NCBI GenBank assembly: GCA_038824665.1 | Contig: JAWBBK010000001.1 | Coordinates: forward strand, 160,001-224,000 | Length of the DNA: 64,000 nucleotides | Origin: Acidilobaceae archaeon | GTDB lineage: Archaea; Thermoproteota; Thermoprotei_A; Sulfolobales; Acidilobaceae | Direction: 5' to 3' | Shown: in pieces, positions 39,970 to 50,438 of the stretch | Layout: the number at the start of each line of letters is the position of its first letter | How positions within the stretch are numbered: position 1 is the stretch's first letter | Made by a program: the position numbers and the translations under genes | The notes under the pieces: generated by a model | Seen by the model: only the letters and a program-made list of their open reading frames with translations | Database searches by the model: none | What the model was told of the DNA's origin: nothing

Positions 39970-40371
39970 TTGAACGTAAAGCTCAAAGTAGTAGAAGGCT
40001 ATATTTATTCAGAACTAGGCGAGTCAAGAAAGGCTTTTATCAAGTTCTCAATAGACAACAGTAGACTCTATGTGATCTCTACGTTTGTACCAGAAGAGCA
40101 TAGAGGCAAGGGAGTAGCGACTGAGCTCATGTTTAAGCTTTTAGAGTTCGCTACTACTAACGGGCTCGAGATCGTTCCTTTATGTTCTTACGCTGTGAGC
40201 TTCTTTATCAAAAACAGAGAGAAGAGAGCTCTCTTAGCGAGTCCCTTTAAGAACATGAGCGATGAGGAGCTCAGCAGTTACTATGAGAAAAGGCTTAGAG
40301 AAGAAGAGACTAGAAGAAGCCTGAGACTCGAAGAGGAAAGAGGAACAGAGTTTAACTGCCCTATTTGCTAA
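39970..40371 (+). CDS. GNAT acetyltransferase (YjdJ/Acetyltransf_CG-like)
   Basis: STFVPEEHRGKGVA, IVPLCSYA. Confidence 0.9.
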   Translation: MNVKLKVVEGYIYSELGESRKAFIKFSIDNSRLYVISTFVPEEHRGKGVATELMFKLLEFATTNGLEIVPLCSYAVSFFIKNREKRALLASPFKNMSDEELSSYYEKRLREEETRRSLRLEEERGTEFNCPIC

Positions 40372-40386
40372 TAAGGTGTTTCCTTA

Positions 40387-41526
40387 TTGATCGAGAGGGT
40401 TCTGTTGGCGTTTCTACTCCTCAGCTTAGTCTCTTTATTTGCTGACATAACCTATGAGGGAGGTAGATCTATTTCAGGTAGCTTTCTCAAAAGCTTAGAA
40501 GCTCCTGTAATAGCTACCTCGATCCTCGCGTTTGGAGAGCTTCTCTCATACGCTTTTAGACTAGCTGGAGGACTTATTGCCTACAGGCTAGCGTCCATTA
40601 GAGTTTACTGGACTCTTATAGCGCTCGGCTACGGGCTGAACGTAGCTGTGCCTCTTCTAGCTTTAGCGACAGACTGGAGGCTAGCTCTTCTGTTGTTCCT
40701 TTTAGAGAGAGCAGGTAAAGGCATCAGAACCCCTATAAGAGACGCAGTGATCGCAGAGATCACAGAAGGAATAGGCAGAGGCAAAGCCTTTGCAATTCAT
40801 GAGGTCTTAGACCAAATAGGAGGAGTAGTAGGTCCTCTCACAGTCTCTCTAGCTATTGCTTGGAGCGATGGGAGCTATAAAATAGCCTATGGGATTTTAG
40901 CGGTTCCTTTCGTAGTCTCTATGTTCGCTTTACAATTAGCCTGGAGAGTCTACAGACCAAGAAGCTCGATAGAGAAGCTAAGGAGAGAGTCGGAAAACTC
41001 AGAAGTCTTGAACAAATCGGTTCTGTTTTTGATATTTGTTCTCTTTTTAGGAGCAGGCTTTCTTCACTGGTCTCAGGCTTCTTATAGACTCAAAGAGCTA
41101 GGGCTAGAGGATTTTGAGATAGCGTGGCTCTACGCTCTAGCTATGCTCTGTGACGGGCTTGTAGCGATCCCTCTAGGTCTGACCTTTGACCGTTTAGGTC
41201 TACGTAGCCTCTTGGTCATACCTGTAGCGGTCGTCCTCTCAGGGGTAGCGTTTGCGTTCAACTCGTCTTTGTTTTTCGCTCTACTCTGGGGGACGGCTAT
41301 GAGTTCTCTAGAGACAATGCTAAAGGCTGCTGTTGCCTGTTTTAGCGAAGCCAGAGAGAGACCGCTTCTATACGCTCTGACCTATATATCTCTCGGAGCG
41401 GGTTGGGTTCTTGGAAACCTTTTTATGTCAATAATTGGAGTCAGTCTAGCTTACGTGTTTTTAGTAGAAGTCTTAGCTATTCTCGCTTTGATAGCGTTTA
41501 TTCGGAGAGTTCCAAACTCTTTTTGA
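40387..41526 (+). CDS. MFS transporter
   Basis: VSLFADITYEGGRSI, ERAGKGIRTPIRD, HEVLDQIG; ~12 TM. Confidence 0.92.
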   Translation: MIERVLLAFLLLSLVSLFADITYEGGRSISGSFLKSLEAPVIATSILAFGELLSYAFRLAGGLIAYRLASIRVYWTLIALGYGLNVAVPLLALATDWRLALLLFLLERAGKGIRTPIRDAVIAEITEGIGRGKAFAIHEVLDQIGGVVGPLTVSLAIAWSDGSYKIAYGILAVPFVVSMFALQLAWRVYRPRSSIEKLRRESENSEVLNKSVLFLIFVLFLGAGFLHWSQASYRLKELGLEDFEIAWLYALAMLCDGLVAIPLGLTFDRLGLRSLLVIPVAVVLSGVAFAFNSSLFFALLWGTAMSSLETMLKAAVACFSEARERPLLYALTYISLGAGWVLGNLFMSIIGVSLAYVFLVEVLAILALIAFIRRVPNSF

Positions 41527-42376
41527 CAGCCTCTACAACTAGATCTGGTCTTGGAGTTTTGGGGAGCTCTCTCTTGTGTCGAGACCGCTCTATCATAGAG
41601 GTCACTCTTTTTACTAAATCGAGACTAAAGCCTGTTATCTCAGAGGTCACTTCTTCGCTCGCTTTTAGATCTACGTAAGAGAACAATATAGGGTCTATCA
41701 CCTCAAATGAAAGTCCGAGTTCTTCTTCAGCAGTATGTCCTTTCCATAGCCGAGGAGCGCTAGGCTTTGACGCTATCTTATCGGATACTCCAAGCTTTCT
41801 GGCTAACTCTCTTACTTGCGTTTTATACACTATAGCGAGAGGAGCGACGTCAGATGCTCCATCTCCATACTTTGTGAAGTATCCAAGAAGGAGTTCAGTC
41901 CTATCCGTAGCTCCTAACACCATCATCTCAAATCTATTCGCTAAATAGTATAGGATTGTCATTCTCACTCTAGCTTTGAGGTTACCTAAAGAGAGACGGT
42001 CTGGAACGCCTCCTAGTCTCTCTAGAACTCTAACGTAGATGTCAACTATAGGGTTCAGTTCTACTACAAGTAGCTTACCGCCTAAAGACTCAACTAGCTC
42101 GCGTGCGTCTTCCAAATCTTCAGGAGGTGTAGCTTCTACGTCAGGTATGATCACAGGAACTACTCTCTCAACTCCAACAGCTCTCACAGCTAACGCGTAA
42201 AGAGTAGAAGAGTCTACGCCTCCGCTCAACCCCACCACATAGCCTTTCTTCTCAGCTTTAGCTAGCGCTTCTCTGAGGAAGTTGGAGAGATAGTTGATCA
42301 AACTCTCGTAATCTGGAGCTCTCCTTAAGACCTCAGCTGTGAGTCTTTTCATAGAGATCGTCCGGTGAGAGGTCAT
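41498..42376 (-). CDS. nadE: NH3-dependent NAD+ synthetase
   Basis: GLSGGVDS, GNLKARVRM, GYFTKYGDG, KPSAPRLW, RHKR. Confidence 0.97.
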   Translation of the reverse strand: MTSHRTISMKRLTAEVLRRAPDYESLINYLSNFLREALAKAEKKGYVVGLSGGVDSSTLYALAVRAVGVERVVPVIIPDVEATPPEDLEDARELVESLGGKLLVVELNPIVDIYVRVLERLGGVPDRLSLGNLKARVRMTILYYLANRFEMMVLGATDRTELLLGYFTKYGDGASDVAPLAIVYKTQVRELARKLGVSDKIASKPSAPRLWKGHTAEEELGLSFEVIDPILFSYVDLKASEEVTSEITGFSLDLVKRVTSMIERSRHKRELPKTPRPDLVVEAVKKSLELSE

Positions 42377-42417
42377 CTCATCTTGAGGACTTAACGTTTA
42401 GCTGAAACTCTTTCTAG

Positions 42418-43737
42418 CTAGACTCCTAAGTAAAGTTGATACTCATAGGGATGAGGTCTACTGCGTACAGCTAACGCTTCGTTTCTTTTGACCTCTATGT
42501 AAGCTTCTAAAAGACTTTGTGAGAACACAGGCTTCAGGTAGTTGTTATCAGATTCTAGCTCGTCAAGAGCTTCGTCGAGACTTCTCGGCAAGACCTCTAT
42601 GCCTTTTGCTTTAGCCTCACTCTTCTTCAGCTTGTAGAGGTTCTCGCTGACAGGCTCTCCAGGGTCTAACTTCTTTCTGATCCCATCGAGTCCAGCCATT
42701 ATCACAGCTGACACGGCCAAATAGGGGTTGGCTGAAGGATCGGCCATCCTAATCTCGATTCTCGTTTTGTTGTGATTGCTTGCATGAGGAATTCTAACCA
42801 TTGCAGTTCTGTTGTAGTATCCCCAAGCTATATAGACTGGAGCCTCATAACCTGCCACTAGCCTCTTGTAGCTATTGGTCGTAGGAGCGAGCAATGCAGC
42901 CAAGCTACGAGCATGTGCGAGAACTCCTCCAATGAAGTGAAGGGCTAAGTCGCTGAGCTTCTCTTCATCGGAAAACAGGTTCTTAGAAACGCTTCTATCC
43001 CAGAGACTCACGTGGATATGCATTCCATTCCCGTTATCTCCGTAGATAGGTTTTGGCATAAAGACAGCCTTGAGACCTACTCTTTCGGCTATGCTTCTAG
43101 CTATCCATTTAGAGGTCACCACGTTATCAGATGCTTTAACGACTCCTGCTGAACCCATGGATATCTCTATCTGTGACACAGCTACTTCGTGATGAGAGAC
43201 AGCTACTTTGATATCAAACAGCTCTAGAACTCGAGCCAGTTCGAGCCTGTATTCAAGCAAGGGGTCGTTCGGATAAGAGAGCTGGTAAGAGGCTTTCGGT
43301 AGCTCTCTAGGACTCAAAGGCAAGATCTTATAGCCTTGCTCGAAAAGAGGGTTCGAGTTACTGAATATCACGTTTTTAAAAACGTTGAACTCGAGCTCGA
43401 CTCCTACTCGAGCTTCTAGACCGTGAGACTCCAAGTGTTCGTTCGTTCTCTCTGCGACGAGTCTTGGGTCTTTTTCAAATCTAACTCCTGGAGGTGCATA
43501 GATCCTACAGAGAGTCCTGTAAACTCCCTGAAGCCATGGAACGGGCTTAAGCGTTTCTCTGTCGGGTTCAAGAAGCAAGTCGCTTCTTTCAACAGAGGCG
43601 AGTCCATATGCACTGCTACCGTCAAGACTAGCTGGAAACCTGGATCCATTCTCTAAAGAGTCGAATGGAACCTCTACGCTTCTGAGAATGCCCGCAAGAT
43701 CAGTATAGTGTAGTAAGAGCAACTTCTTAGGCTCCAA
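42418..43737 (-). CDS. glnA: Glutamine synthetase type I family protein
   Basis: LDGSS, GVELEF, HHEVA..Q.E, FMPKP..NGNGMHIHVS, NSYKRL, NRTAMVRIP, RIEIR.ADPSANPY. Confidence 0.92.
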   Translation of the reverse strand: MEPKKLLLLHYTDLAGILRSVEVPFDSLENGSRFPASLDGSSAYGLASVERSDLLLEPDRETLKPVPWLQGVYRTLCRIYAPPGVRFEKDPRLVAERTNEHLESHGLEARVGVELEFNVFKNVIFSNSNPLFEQGYKILPLSPRELPKASYQLSYPNDPLLEYRLELARVLELFDIKVAVSHHEVAVSQIEISMGSAGVVKASDNVVTSKWIARSIAERVGLKAVFMPKPIYGDNGNGMHIHVSLWDRSVSKNLFSDEEKLSDLALHFIGGVLAHARSLAALLAPTTNSYKRLVAGYEAPVYIAWGYYNRTAMVRIPHASNHNKTRIEIRMADPSANPYLAVSAVIMAGLDGIRKKLDPGEPVSENLYKLKKSEAKAKGIEVLPRSLDEALDELESDNNYLKPVFSQSLLEAYIEVKRNEALAVRSRPHPYEYQLYLGV

Positions 43738-43972
43738 GAGAGCCCGCAGGTCTTTTTCAGACTTCAGGGCTTATAACGGTTTCCGCGCCTTATCTCATAG
43801 AGGAACAAAATTCGTCATAAATAGGAGGCAGAAGCAGACTTTTGTCTAAATGAGAAAGTGGAACTTTCTGGATTACTAAAGAAGACCACTCTTAATTAAT
43901 TCAACAACCTATCAATAAAATTTTAAAAAGTTGCACGCGTTCTAGAACGACCGACTCGCCAGGGGTGAGTGC

Positions 43973-46012
43973 TTGACCTCGGAGTCTAAGGAGTTAGCGA
44001 TCCTAGGTGAACCTCTCCCCTTTGATGAATATCTACTTCCCAACGACGAGAAATGGAAGAGTAAAGTGATCAGCATAGAAGAATATAAGACAGTGCTCGA
44101 GAAAAGCCTCAAAGATTACGAGAGCTTCTGGGCTTCTGTAGCCAAAGAATTAGAGTGGTTCGAACCTTTCACTAAAGTCTATGAGCCTTCAGACGTCCCT
44201 TATGTATACAGGTGGTTTGTGGGAGGCAAGCTCAACATCTCCTATCTGGCTCTCGATAGACACGTTAAGACCTGGAGGAAGAACAAGGTAGCTATAATAT
44301 GGGAGGGAGAACCTGTAGACGAGAATGGAACTCCGAAAGAAGTCAAGAAGCTCACATACTTCGACCTCTGGAGAGAGGTGAACCGAGTAGCGTACATGCT
44401 TAAAACTAAGTTCGGTCTCAAGAAAGGCGATAGAATAGCGTTCTACTTGCCCATGATCCCTGAACTCCCCATATACATGCTCGCAGCTGCTCGTCTAGGT
44501 CTAATCTTTACGGTAGTGTTCGCTGGATTTGCTGCCGAGAGTCTAGCCACTAGAGTCAACGACCTTCAAGCCAAGGTCTTAGTTACAGCTGACGGGCTCT
44601 ACAGAAGAGGAAAGATGATAAGGCTCAAAGAAATAGCCACCAAAGCTCTAGAAGCAACTCCTTCAGTTGAGAAAGTGATAGTAGTCAAAAGGCTGGGACT
44701 AAACGATACGCCCATGCTAGAAGGTAGAGACTACTACCACGACGTCTTAATGAGAGACATTCCTCAAAACGTTTACGTAGAGCCTGAGCGCATGGAGAGC
44801 AACGAGCCTCTCTTCGTCCTCTATTCCTCAGGGACTACAGGAAAGCCTAAAGGGATAATTCACGACCATGTAGGTTATGCTGTTGGTCTTCACTACACGA
44901 TGAAAAACGTTTTCGATATAAGAGACGATGATATACACTTCTGCACGGCAGACATAGGCTGGATCACTGGTCACAGCTATGTGGTTTTCGGTCCGCTAAT
45001 AGCGGGAGCTACAGTAGTCATTTATGAAGGAGCTCCCGATTATCCCGAGCCTGACAGGTGGTGGTCTATAGTAGAAAGGTATGGAGTCACTATATTCTAT
45101 ACCTCGCCTACTGCTGTCAGAATGTTGATGAAGTATGGTGAGAGCTGGGTCAAGAAACACGATCTGTCTACCCTTAGACTGATACATAGTGTAGGCGAAC
45201 CGATCAACCCCTCTGCTTGGAGATGGCTTTACGAGGTCGTTGGAGGAAAGAGGTGTCCTGTAGGATCAACTTGGTGGATGACTGAAACGGGGGCTATCAT
45301 GATCAGCATAGCTCCAGGACTGGGACTAATACCGATGAAGTCCGGAACTAACGCTTTACCTCTAGCTGGTGTTGATGCAGAAGTTGTAGATGAACAAGGA
45401 AACCCCGCTCCGCCAGGTAAGAAAGGTTATTTAGTGATCAAGAGGCCATGGCCTAGCATGCCAGCTCCTCCTACAGGGCTTTGGGGAGACCCAGATAGAT
45501 ACGTTGCAACGTATTGGAGCAAGTTCCGGAACATGTTCTATACAGGAGACTATGCAGTTAAAGACAAAGACGGCTATATTTGGGTCTTAGGGAGAGCCGA
45601 CGAGGTCCTTAAGGTAGCAGGTCATAGAATAGGAACGTTCGAGCTGGAGTCTGTGATAACAATGCATCCAGCTGTAGCGGAGTCAGCAGTGGTAGGAGTC
45701 CCAGACCCGATAAAAGGAGAGGTCCCCGTCGCTTTCGTAGTCTTAAAGTCCGGTTATCAGCCTTCGTCTGAACTCGCTGCCTCGATTAAGAAGTGGGTCA
45801 GAGATAAGTACGGTCCTATAGGAGAGCCTGCCCACATAATATTTGTCAGCAAGCTACCAAAGACTAGAAGCGGTAAGATAATGAGAAGGTTGCTTATAGC
45901 TGTAGCCACGGGCAAGCCTCTTGGAGATATCTCGACTCTAGAAGACGAGACAGCTGTTGAAGAAGCCAAAGTAGCTTACGAAGAGCTGACTCGAGAGCTC
46001 AGCAAACATTAA
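43973..46012 (+). CDS. acs: AMP-forming acetyl-CoA synthetase
   Basis: YSSGTTGKPKG, TADIGWITGHSY, SVGEP, TWWMTETG, PKTRSGKIMRR. Confidence 0.96.
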   Translation: MTSESKELAILGEPLPFDEYLLPNDEKWKSKVISIEEYKTVLEKSLKDYESFWASVAKELEWFEPFTKVYEPSDVPYVYRWFVGGKLNISYLALDRHVKTWRKNKVAIIWEGEPVDENGTPKEVKKLTYFDLWREVNRVAYMLKTKFGLKKGDRIAFYLPMIPELPIYMLAAARLGLIFTVVFAGFAAESLATRVNDLQAKVLVTADGLYRRGKMIRLKEIATKALEATPSVEKVIVVKRLGLNDTPMLEGRDYYHDVLMRDIPQNVYVEPERMESNEPLFVLYSSGTTGKPKGIIHDHVGYAVGLHYTMKNVFDIRDDDIHFCTADIGWITGHSYVVFGPLIAGATVVIYEGAPDYPEPDRWWSIVERYGVTIFYTSPTAVRMLMKYGESWVKKHDLSTLRLIHSVGEPINPSAWRWLYEVVGGKRCPVGSTWWMTETGAIMISIAPGLGLIPMKSGTNALPLAGVDAEVVDEQGNPAPPGKKGYLVIKRPWPSMPAPPTGLWGDPDRYVATYWSKFRNMFYTGDYAVKDKDGYIWVLGRADEVLKVAGHRIGTFELESVITMHPAVAESAVVGVPDPIKGEVPVAFVVLKSGYQPSSELAASIKKWVRDKYGPIGEPAHIIFVSKLPKTRSGKIMRRLLIAVATGKPLGDISTLEDETAVEEAKVAYEELTRELSKH

Positions 46013-46067
46013 GATCTAAGTACCCCCCTTCTTTTTTAACACAAAGCATAAGAGATCGTTTCTCAGC

Positions 46068-46733
46068 TTATTTTTCAAGAAGTTTCGAGAGAGCTGAGAC
46101 TATAGGTTCTATCAGATCGTCGATATTTATCTCTCTTTTTCCGAAATCTATCACGCTAGGTCCTTCTACGTAACTCAGGAGAACTCCATCAGAATAGCTG
46201 ACTTCACGACAGTTACCGGAGCCCACAGGTATTCCTAACGCTTTAGCTATAGCTCTCTCCACAGAACCTCCGTGATCTAAAGGGATGCCACAAAGCCTCC
46301 AGTAGTCTATAGCCGCGGCTTTGAGGTCTAGCTCTAGCGATATTTCATAAAGAGCTGCTTTAATAAGACCTGAGTTGTTTGTGTGACCATTCACTATTGC
46401 GATTCTCTTCAGCTTCCAGCGAGCTATAGACTTAGCTATATCATGAATCACAGATAGAAAGGTCCCAGAGGACAAACTCACAGTTCCTAAAACTCTAGCC
46501 CATTCTGGTGAGAACCCGTAATATACGGTGGGAAAGACAATGCAGTAGCCTTTGCCTCTCTCTTCTAGTCTTTGACAGGCCAACCATGCTACTCTTTCAG
46601 CTATAAGCGCGTCAAGAGCTAGAGGGCTGTCACAGTGTTGTTCGATACTACCTACAGGGACTACAGCTATGACTTTCTCTTTCTCTAGTTTCTCTATAAA
46701 CACAGAGTCGAGAGTCCTCAGATCTAGCGGCAT
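46068..46733 (-). CDS. Creatininase/ArfB-like amidohydrolase family protein
   Basis: PVGSIEQH, YYGFSPE..GTVSL, VNGH, DHGG. Confidence 0.85.
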   Translation of the reverse strand: MPLDLRTLDSVFIEKLEKEKVIAVVPVGSIEQHCDSPLALDALIAERVAWLACQRLEERGKGYCIVFPTVYYGFSPEWARVLGTVSLSSGTFLSVIHDIAKSIARWKLKRIAIVNGHTNNSGLIKAALYEISLELDLKAAAIDYWRLCGIPLDHGGSVERAIAKALGIPVGSGNCREVSYSDGVLLSYVEGPSVIDFGKREINIDDLIEPIVSALSKLLEK

Positions 46734-47419
46734 TTTGCTCCGGCCTCAGTTAAAGCGCTGAGAGCTTCTAGGACTGCTGACCTAGGATCGCTAGCCCTAG
46801 TCACAGCAGATCCTATGATGACTATTCGAGCTCCAGCTTCTATGAGAGCTCTCATCTCTTTAGGTCTGACGCCTCCAGCGACGGCTACCGGTAGGTTGAA
46901 GGAGTCGGCTAGATTTCGGATCAGTTCAGTAAGGCTAGAGGCTCTAACACCTAGCGACCTCTGTACATCAATTCCAATATGAAGTAGAACGATGTTGAGC
47001 CCCCATCTTTGTATCGCAAGAACAGCCTCTATTGGGTCTTTTTGAGATATAGTATCCCCATAAACGTCTAAGTTCAAATCCCTAGCCGCTTCTGCAGCTG
47101 ACCTTAAGGTTTCGTCACTAGCTGTGGTAAGCACTGTGAAAGCATTTCCTCCAGCTTTCGCTACTATCTCTGCTTCTATCCTAGCAACGTCAGCTGTCTT
47201 AGTGTCAGCCACGATCAGAGAGTTTGGTCTTGCGCTTCTCAAAGCTCTTATTGAAACCATACCCCATGACTTGATGAGAGGAGTTCCAGCTTCTAACGCT
47301 ATCTCTCTCTTCTCAGGAAGCATTCTGACTATCTTGATAGCTTCGCTCAGACTTGAAAAGTCCAGAGCTATCTGAAGCAAAGCGTCACATTCGCGTAGAG
47401 CTTCGATCAGTCGCCCCAT
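46724..47419 (-). CDS. 3-hexulose-6-phosphate synthase (OMP decarboxylase/HUMPS family)
   Basis: LQIALD, EAGTPLIK, VADTKTAD, HIGIDVQ, VAGG, IIGSAVT. Confidence 0.9.
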   Translation of the reverse strand: MGRLIEALRECDALLQIALDFSSLSEAIKIVRMLPEKREIALEAGTPLIKSWGMVSIRALRSARPNSLIVADTKTADVARIEAEIVAKAGGNAFTVLTTASDETLRSAAEAARDLNLDVYGDTISQKDPIEAVLAIQRWGLNIVLLHIGIDVQRSLGVRASSLTELIRNLADSFNLPVAVAGGVRPKEMRALIEAGARIVIIGSAVTRASDPRSAVLEALSALTEAGAKCR

Positions 47420-47478
47420 TAAATATCCCTAGTCCTCAAAGAGATTGAGGGAATTTATATGAAAAGGGTCAGCAACTC

Positions 47479-47820
47479 TCACAAAACAGGGTCTGCCACT
47501 ACTTTGTACTTAGCTCTCCACTCGTCTAAGGCTCTTTTTTCATTTTCAGCTAGAGCCCTCCCTATCCTATACCAGCCCTTAGTGGAAAGGACTTGAGTAT
47601 CGGCCTCTGAGGTTCTCTTTATAGCTCCTGTTGGACATACATTCACACAGAGAAAGTGATCCTTACATCTCTCCCACACAAGCCTAGACTTCATGTTATC
47701 ATCGAACTCAAGAGCGTTTTCGGGACACACCTCTATACAGGCTCCACAACCTATGCACAGATTATGGTCTATAGCTACTCTTTCGTAACGAGAGAGTTCA
47801 GACAAATCTTTACACCTCAC
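47479..47820 (-). CDS. Ferredoxin-like 4Fe-4S protein
   Basis: CIGCGACIEVCP and CKDHFLCVNVCPTGAI. Confidence 0.9.
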   Translation of the reverse strand: MRCKDLSELSRYERVAIDHNLCIGCGACIEVCPENALEFDDNMKSRLVWERCKDHFLCVNVCPTGAIKRTSEADTQVLSTKGWYRIGRALAENEKRALDEWRAKYKVVADPVL

Positions 47821-47883
47821 ACTTTAAGGGTCTCAAAGTTTAAGAGCGTTAGCTTAGAGGAAACTGATAAGATAGTAGGTCTT

Positions 47884-48885
47884 TCAGACTCTAGGAGTCA
47901 ATGGGGCTGGACTCTCGCTAAGACACTTCATAGTTCCCGATTCTACGACTTCAGGGTTTCTAATCTTGAATCTCTCATCGTAGAGTACGAGTCCCCTCTC
48001 GTGGTATCCTCGAGCCTCCCAGAAGCCGTCAGTATACCTTTTGAGCACGGCTAGGAGCTTGACTCTCTTGACCCACTTCCACCCGAAGAGATCAGGTAAC
48101 ACTAGCCGAGGCGGGGTTAGCCTAGCGTTCACCTTAGCTAGCGCTATAAAGCCGCTTTCGAGAACGCTAGCTGGAGCTACAGCACTGTATCCTTTATCGC
48201 TAACTGCATAGAGCCAGTCCTCTCTCTGAACTCTCTTTACTATGTCGTAGAGTCTGACTAGATAGAGGGAGAGTCGTGACGACCATCCCTCAACACAGTG
48301 GAGTTCTATGTTCGAGTTCTGAGCCAAATCAGCTAACTCTTTCAAACTCACGTTGAATGTAAAGTCTCTTAGCTCGATCGAAATCTTCCAGCTCTCAACG
48401 ACTTCCTGAGAGGGAAGGCCTTCAACGTAATACACAGCCGGTTTAGGAACCCATTCTTGAAAAGGTCCGCTCTCTATTGGTCTCTCGAGAAGCGTTAGCG
48501 GCAAGACTTCTCCTGTCTCAAGAGTCTCTCCTTCAGTTAATGACTTCCTGACTTCTTCAGGAAGTTTTTCCAAAAGGTAACCTTTGAGAACTCCGGCTAC
48601 TACAAGAGGACTTGTGCAATACTCGATTACTCTAATCTCTCCTGCTGTTGTCTCTTCGAAGTTGGCGGAGAACTTGAAGAGGTTAAACCTTCTAGCTACA
48701 AACTCCCAGCTCTCAGGTCCTGAAGACTTGAAGTTCGTCTTCAGAAGCTTTGAGATCAGCTCGAGAGACTCAGAGGCTAGTCTGGTTATAGCGGAGCTGC
48801 TCTCAATTCGACCGCTTACGCTACACGTGAAGACGATAGAACTGAGGAACTCGTTGTAGTAAACGCTACAACCGAGAACGCCCAC
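47884..48885 (-). CDS. Sulfite-oxidase-like molybdopterin-binding protein with N-terminal extension
   Basis: LHCVEGWS, GYSA, PRLVLPDLFGWKWVKRV, GFWEARGYHERG. Confidence 0.88.
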   Translation of the reverse strand: MGVLGCSVYYNEFLSSIVFTCSVSGRIESSSAITRLASESLELISKLLKTNFKSSGPESWEFVARRFNLFKFSANFEETTAGEIRVIEYCTSPLVVAGVLKGYLLEKLPEEVRKSLTEGETLETGEVLPLTLLERPIESGPFQEWVPKPAVYYVEGLPSQEVVESWKISIELRDFTFNVSLKELADLAQNSNIELHCVEGWSSRLSLYLVRLYDIVKRVQREDWLYAVSDKGYSAVAPASVLESGFIALAKVNARLTPPRLVLPDLFGWKWVKRVKLLAVLKRYTDGFWEARGYHERGLVLYDERFKIRNPEVVESGTMKCLSESPAPLTPRV

Positions 48886-48959
48886 AAGCCATTCCTAAGA
48901 AGTAAGAGAGTCTAGAATCTTTTTATAAGCCTCATAGAGCTGTAAGCAGGGGCTCACAG

Positions 48960-49730
48960 ATGAGAGTCTGGAAGCTCATAGCGGCTTTTTTGGCGTTGCT
49001 AACCGTAGTCTCGGCTGTGACAGGGATTTGGGTTTATATGGAACATATATCTCCAGCTCGAAAGCTAGCGGAGGTGAAGGACTACTCCGACTTGCTTTCA
49101 AGAGTTTCAGAGATAGTTTACACTCTTTCTTACGATAACGAGGAACTCAGAGTACATGTGGTCTGTGAAGGAGACTGTAGAAAAGGAACAATAGAAGTTT
49201 ATGATGTCAATGGAACTCCAAGATACTCTATAGTGTTCGAGTACAGAGATAAGATCTTTCTGGCTAAGATGGTCTACGCTAATGGAACCTCGATAGTTTT
49301 AGATCCTATTAAGTATGCAGATGGACTAGCGGGAGGCATTGTGTTTGAAAGAGATGCCAATGGAACAGTAGTAGAGGTCGAGATATTCCCTGGTCTCGTT
49401 CCTCTCTTGTTGCCGTACCATCTTGGTCTCAAGAGAGGAACTGACTGGAACTCTATAGCCAAGCTCAGAGACGGTTTGACCCTGACTACTCCTTCGTTCT
49501 TAAAGACAGAGGTCGAGGGCAAAAGCTATAGAGGGCTAGGGCTATCTTTTGAAGGCTATGGGGTTTACTTAGCGAACCACGAGTGGTTTGCTCCGAGCTT
49601 CGATATTGTCTTGGTCTCAGTCGAAGATGTTCCCGTAGCGTCATCTATTAGGGCTCTTGTACCAAAGCCGGGGTTCAGAGAGACGATCGAAGTTCAGATC
49701 ACTTTAGAGTCCTTAAAGAGAGCTAGCTAA
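48960..49730 (+). CDS. Hypothetical secreted/membrane-anchored protein
   Basis: N-terminal hydrophobic helix, beta-rich body, NGT sequons. Confidence 0.75.
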   Translation: MRVWKLIAAFLALLTVVSAVTGIWVYMEHISPARKLAEVKDYSDLLSRVSEIVYTLSYDNEELRVHVVCEGDCRKGTIEVYDVNGTPRYSIVFEYRDKIFLAKMVYANGTSIVLDPIKYADGLAGGIVFERDANGTVVEVEIFPGLVPLLLPYHLGLKRGTDWNSIAKLRDGLTLTTPSFLKTEVEGKSYRGLGLSFEGYGVYLANHEWFAPSFDIVLVSVEDVPVASSIRALVPKPGFRETIEVQITLESLKRAS

Positions 49731-49847
49731 GAGACTAGAAAGCTGTTTTATCAAAGAGAGTTTTGCTTAGATTTCATGAAAAGCGCGCTAGTGAGGAAGT
49801 CTGTGAGAAGCCTAAAAGCTTTCGCACGTTAGGAAAGAGCTTGGAAC

Positions 49848-49964
49848 GCCGCCGTAGCTCAGCCCTGGTTAGAGCGCCGGACTCATACGGCCCGCAGAAC
49901 CGGAGTTGAGAAATGGGCCTGGGGGATCCGGAGGTCCCGGGTTCAAATCCCGGCGGCGGCACCA
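49848..49964 (+). tRNA. tRNA-Met(CAT), elongator type, with 38-nt intron at 37/38 (49888-49925)
   Basis: GCCGCCG acceptor stem, CCGGA-CTCATA|intron|A-TCCGG; BHB with central helix CUCA/UGGG and bulges UAC and GGA; encoded CCA. Confidence 0.95.
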
Positions 49965-50071
49965 CCGACCCTACAGAACTCTTCACACTCTTCGCATCGA
50001 CCCAGCGCTAAGGACAAGTCTAGAGTCCTTAGCCTCTAGCTTGTAGAACACAACTGGAGGCGCGGCTTAGC

Positions 50072-50380
50072 GTGAGTTACGAACTAGAACCTCTACTTCC
50101 AGCTATTGCTGGTTTGGCTCTAGGTATGATCGTAGGCTATGCAGTCACTAAATTAACACTTAAGGTTTTGAAATACATAGCGATAGCGGTGCTCCTAGCT
50201 GTTTTAGGGTCGATCGCTTTACAGCTAGAAGTTGGAACGGAGATCTTTCGTGCTTTTGAGTCCGTGATCTCTGTAGCTGATACAACTCTAAGGTTAGCAG
50301 AGGCTTTAGTTAGGACTCTTTTAGAAACTCCTCTCTTTATTGGTTTCTGTCTCGGTGTTCTGTTAGCTATACTCAGATGA
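50072..50380 (+). CDS. FUN14-like small membrane protein
   Basis: G..GMIVGYAVTKL.KVL..., GFCLG C-terminus. Confidence 0.7.
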   Translation: MSYELEPLLPAIAGLALGMIVGYAVTKLTLKVLKYIAIAVLLAVLGSIALQLEVGTEIFRAFESVISVADTTLRLAEALVRTLLETPLFIGFCLGVLLAILR

Positions 50381-50438
50381 CCTCGCTCTCCTTGTGTAAA
50401 GTTACTCATTAACACATCTTAGCAGAAGCGGAGAGTTC

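Noticed and set aside
49774-49986. 70-aa ORF (also 50457-50660 and 50510-50854)
   Set aside because: Translations of tRNA genes or antisense to real CDSs
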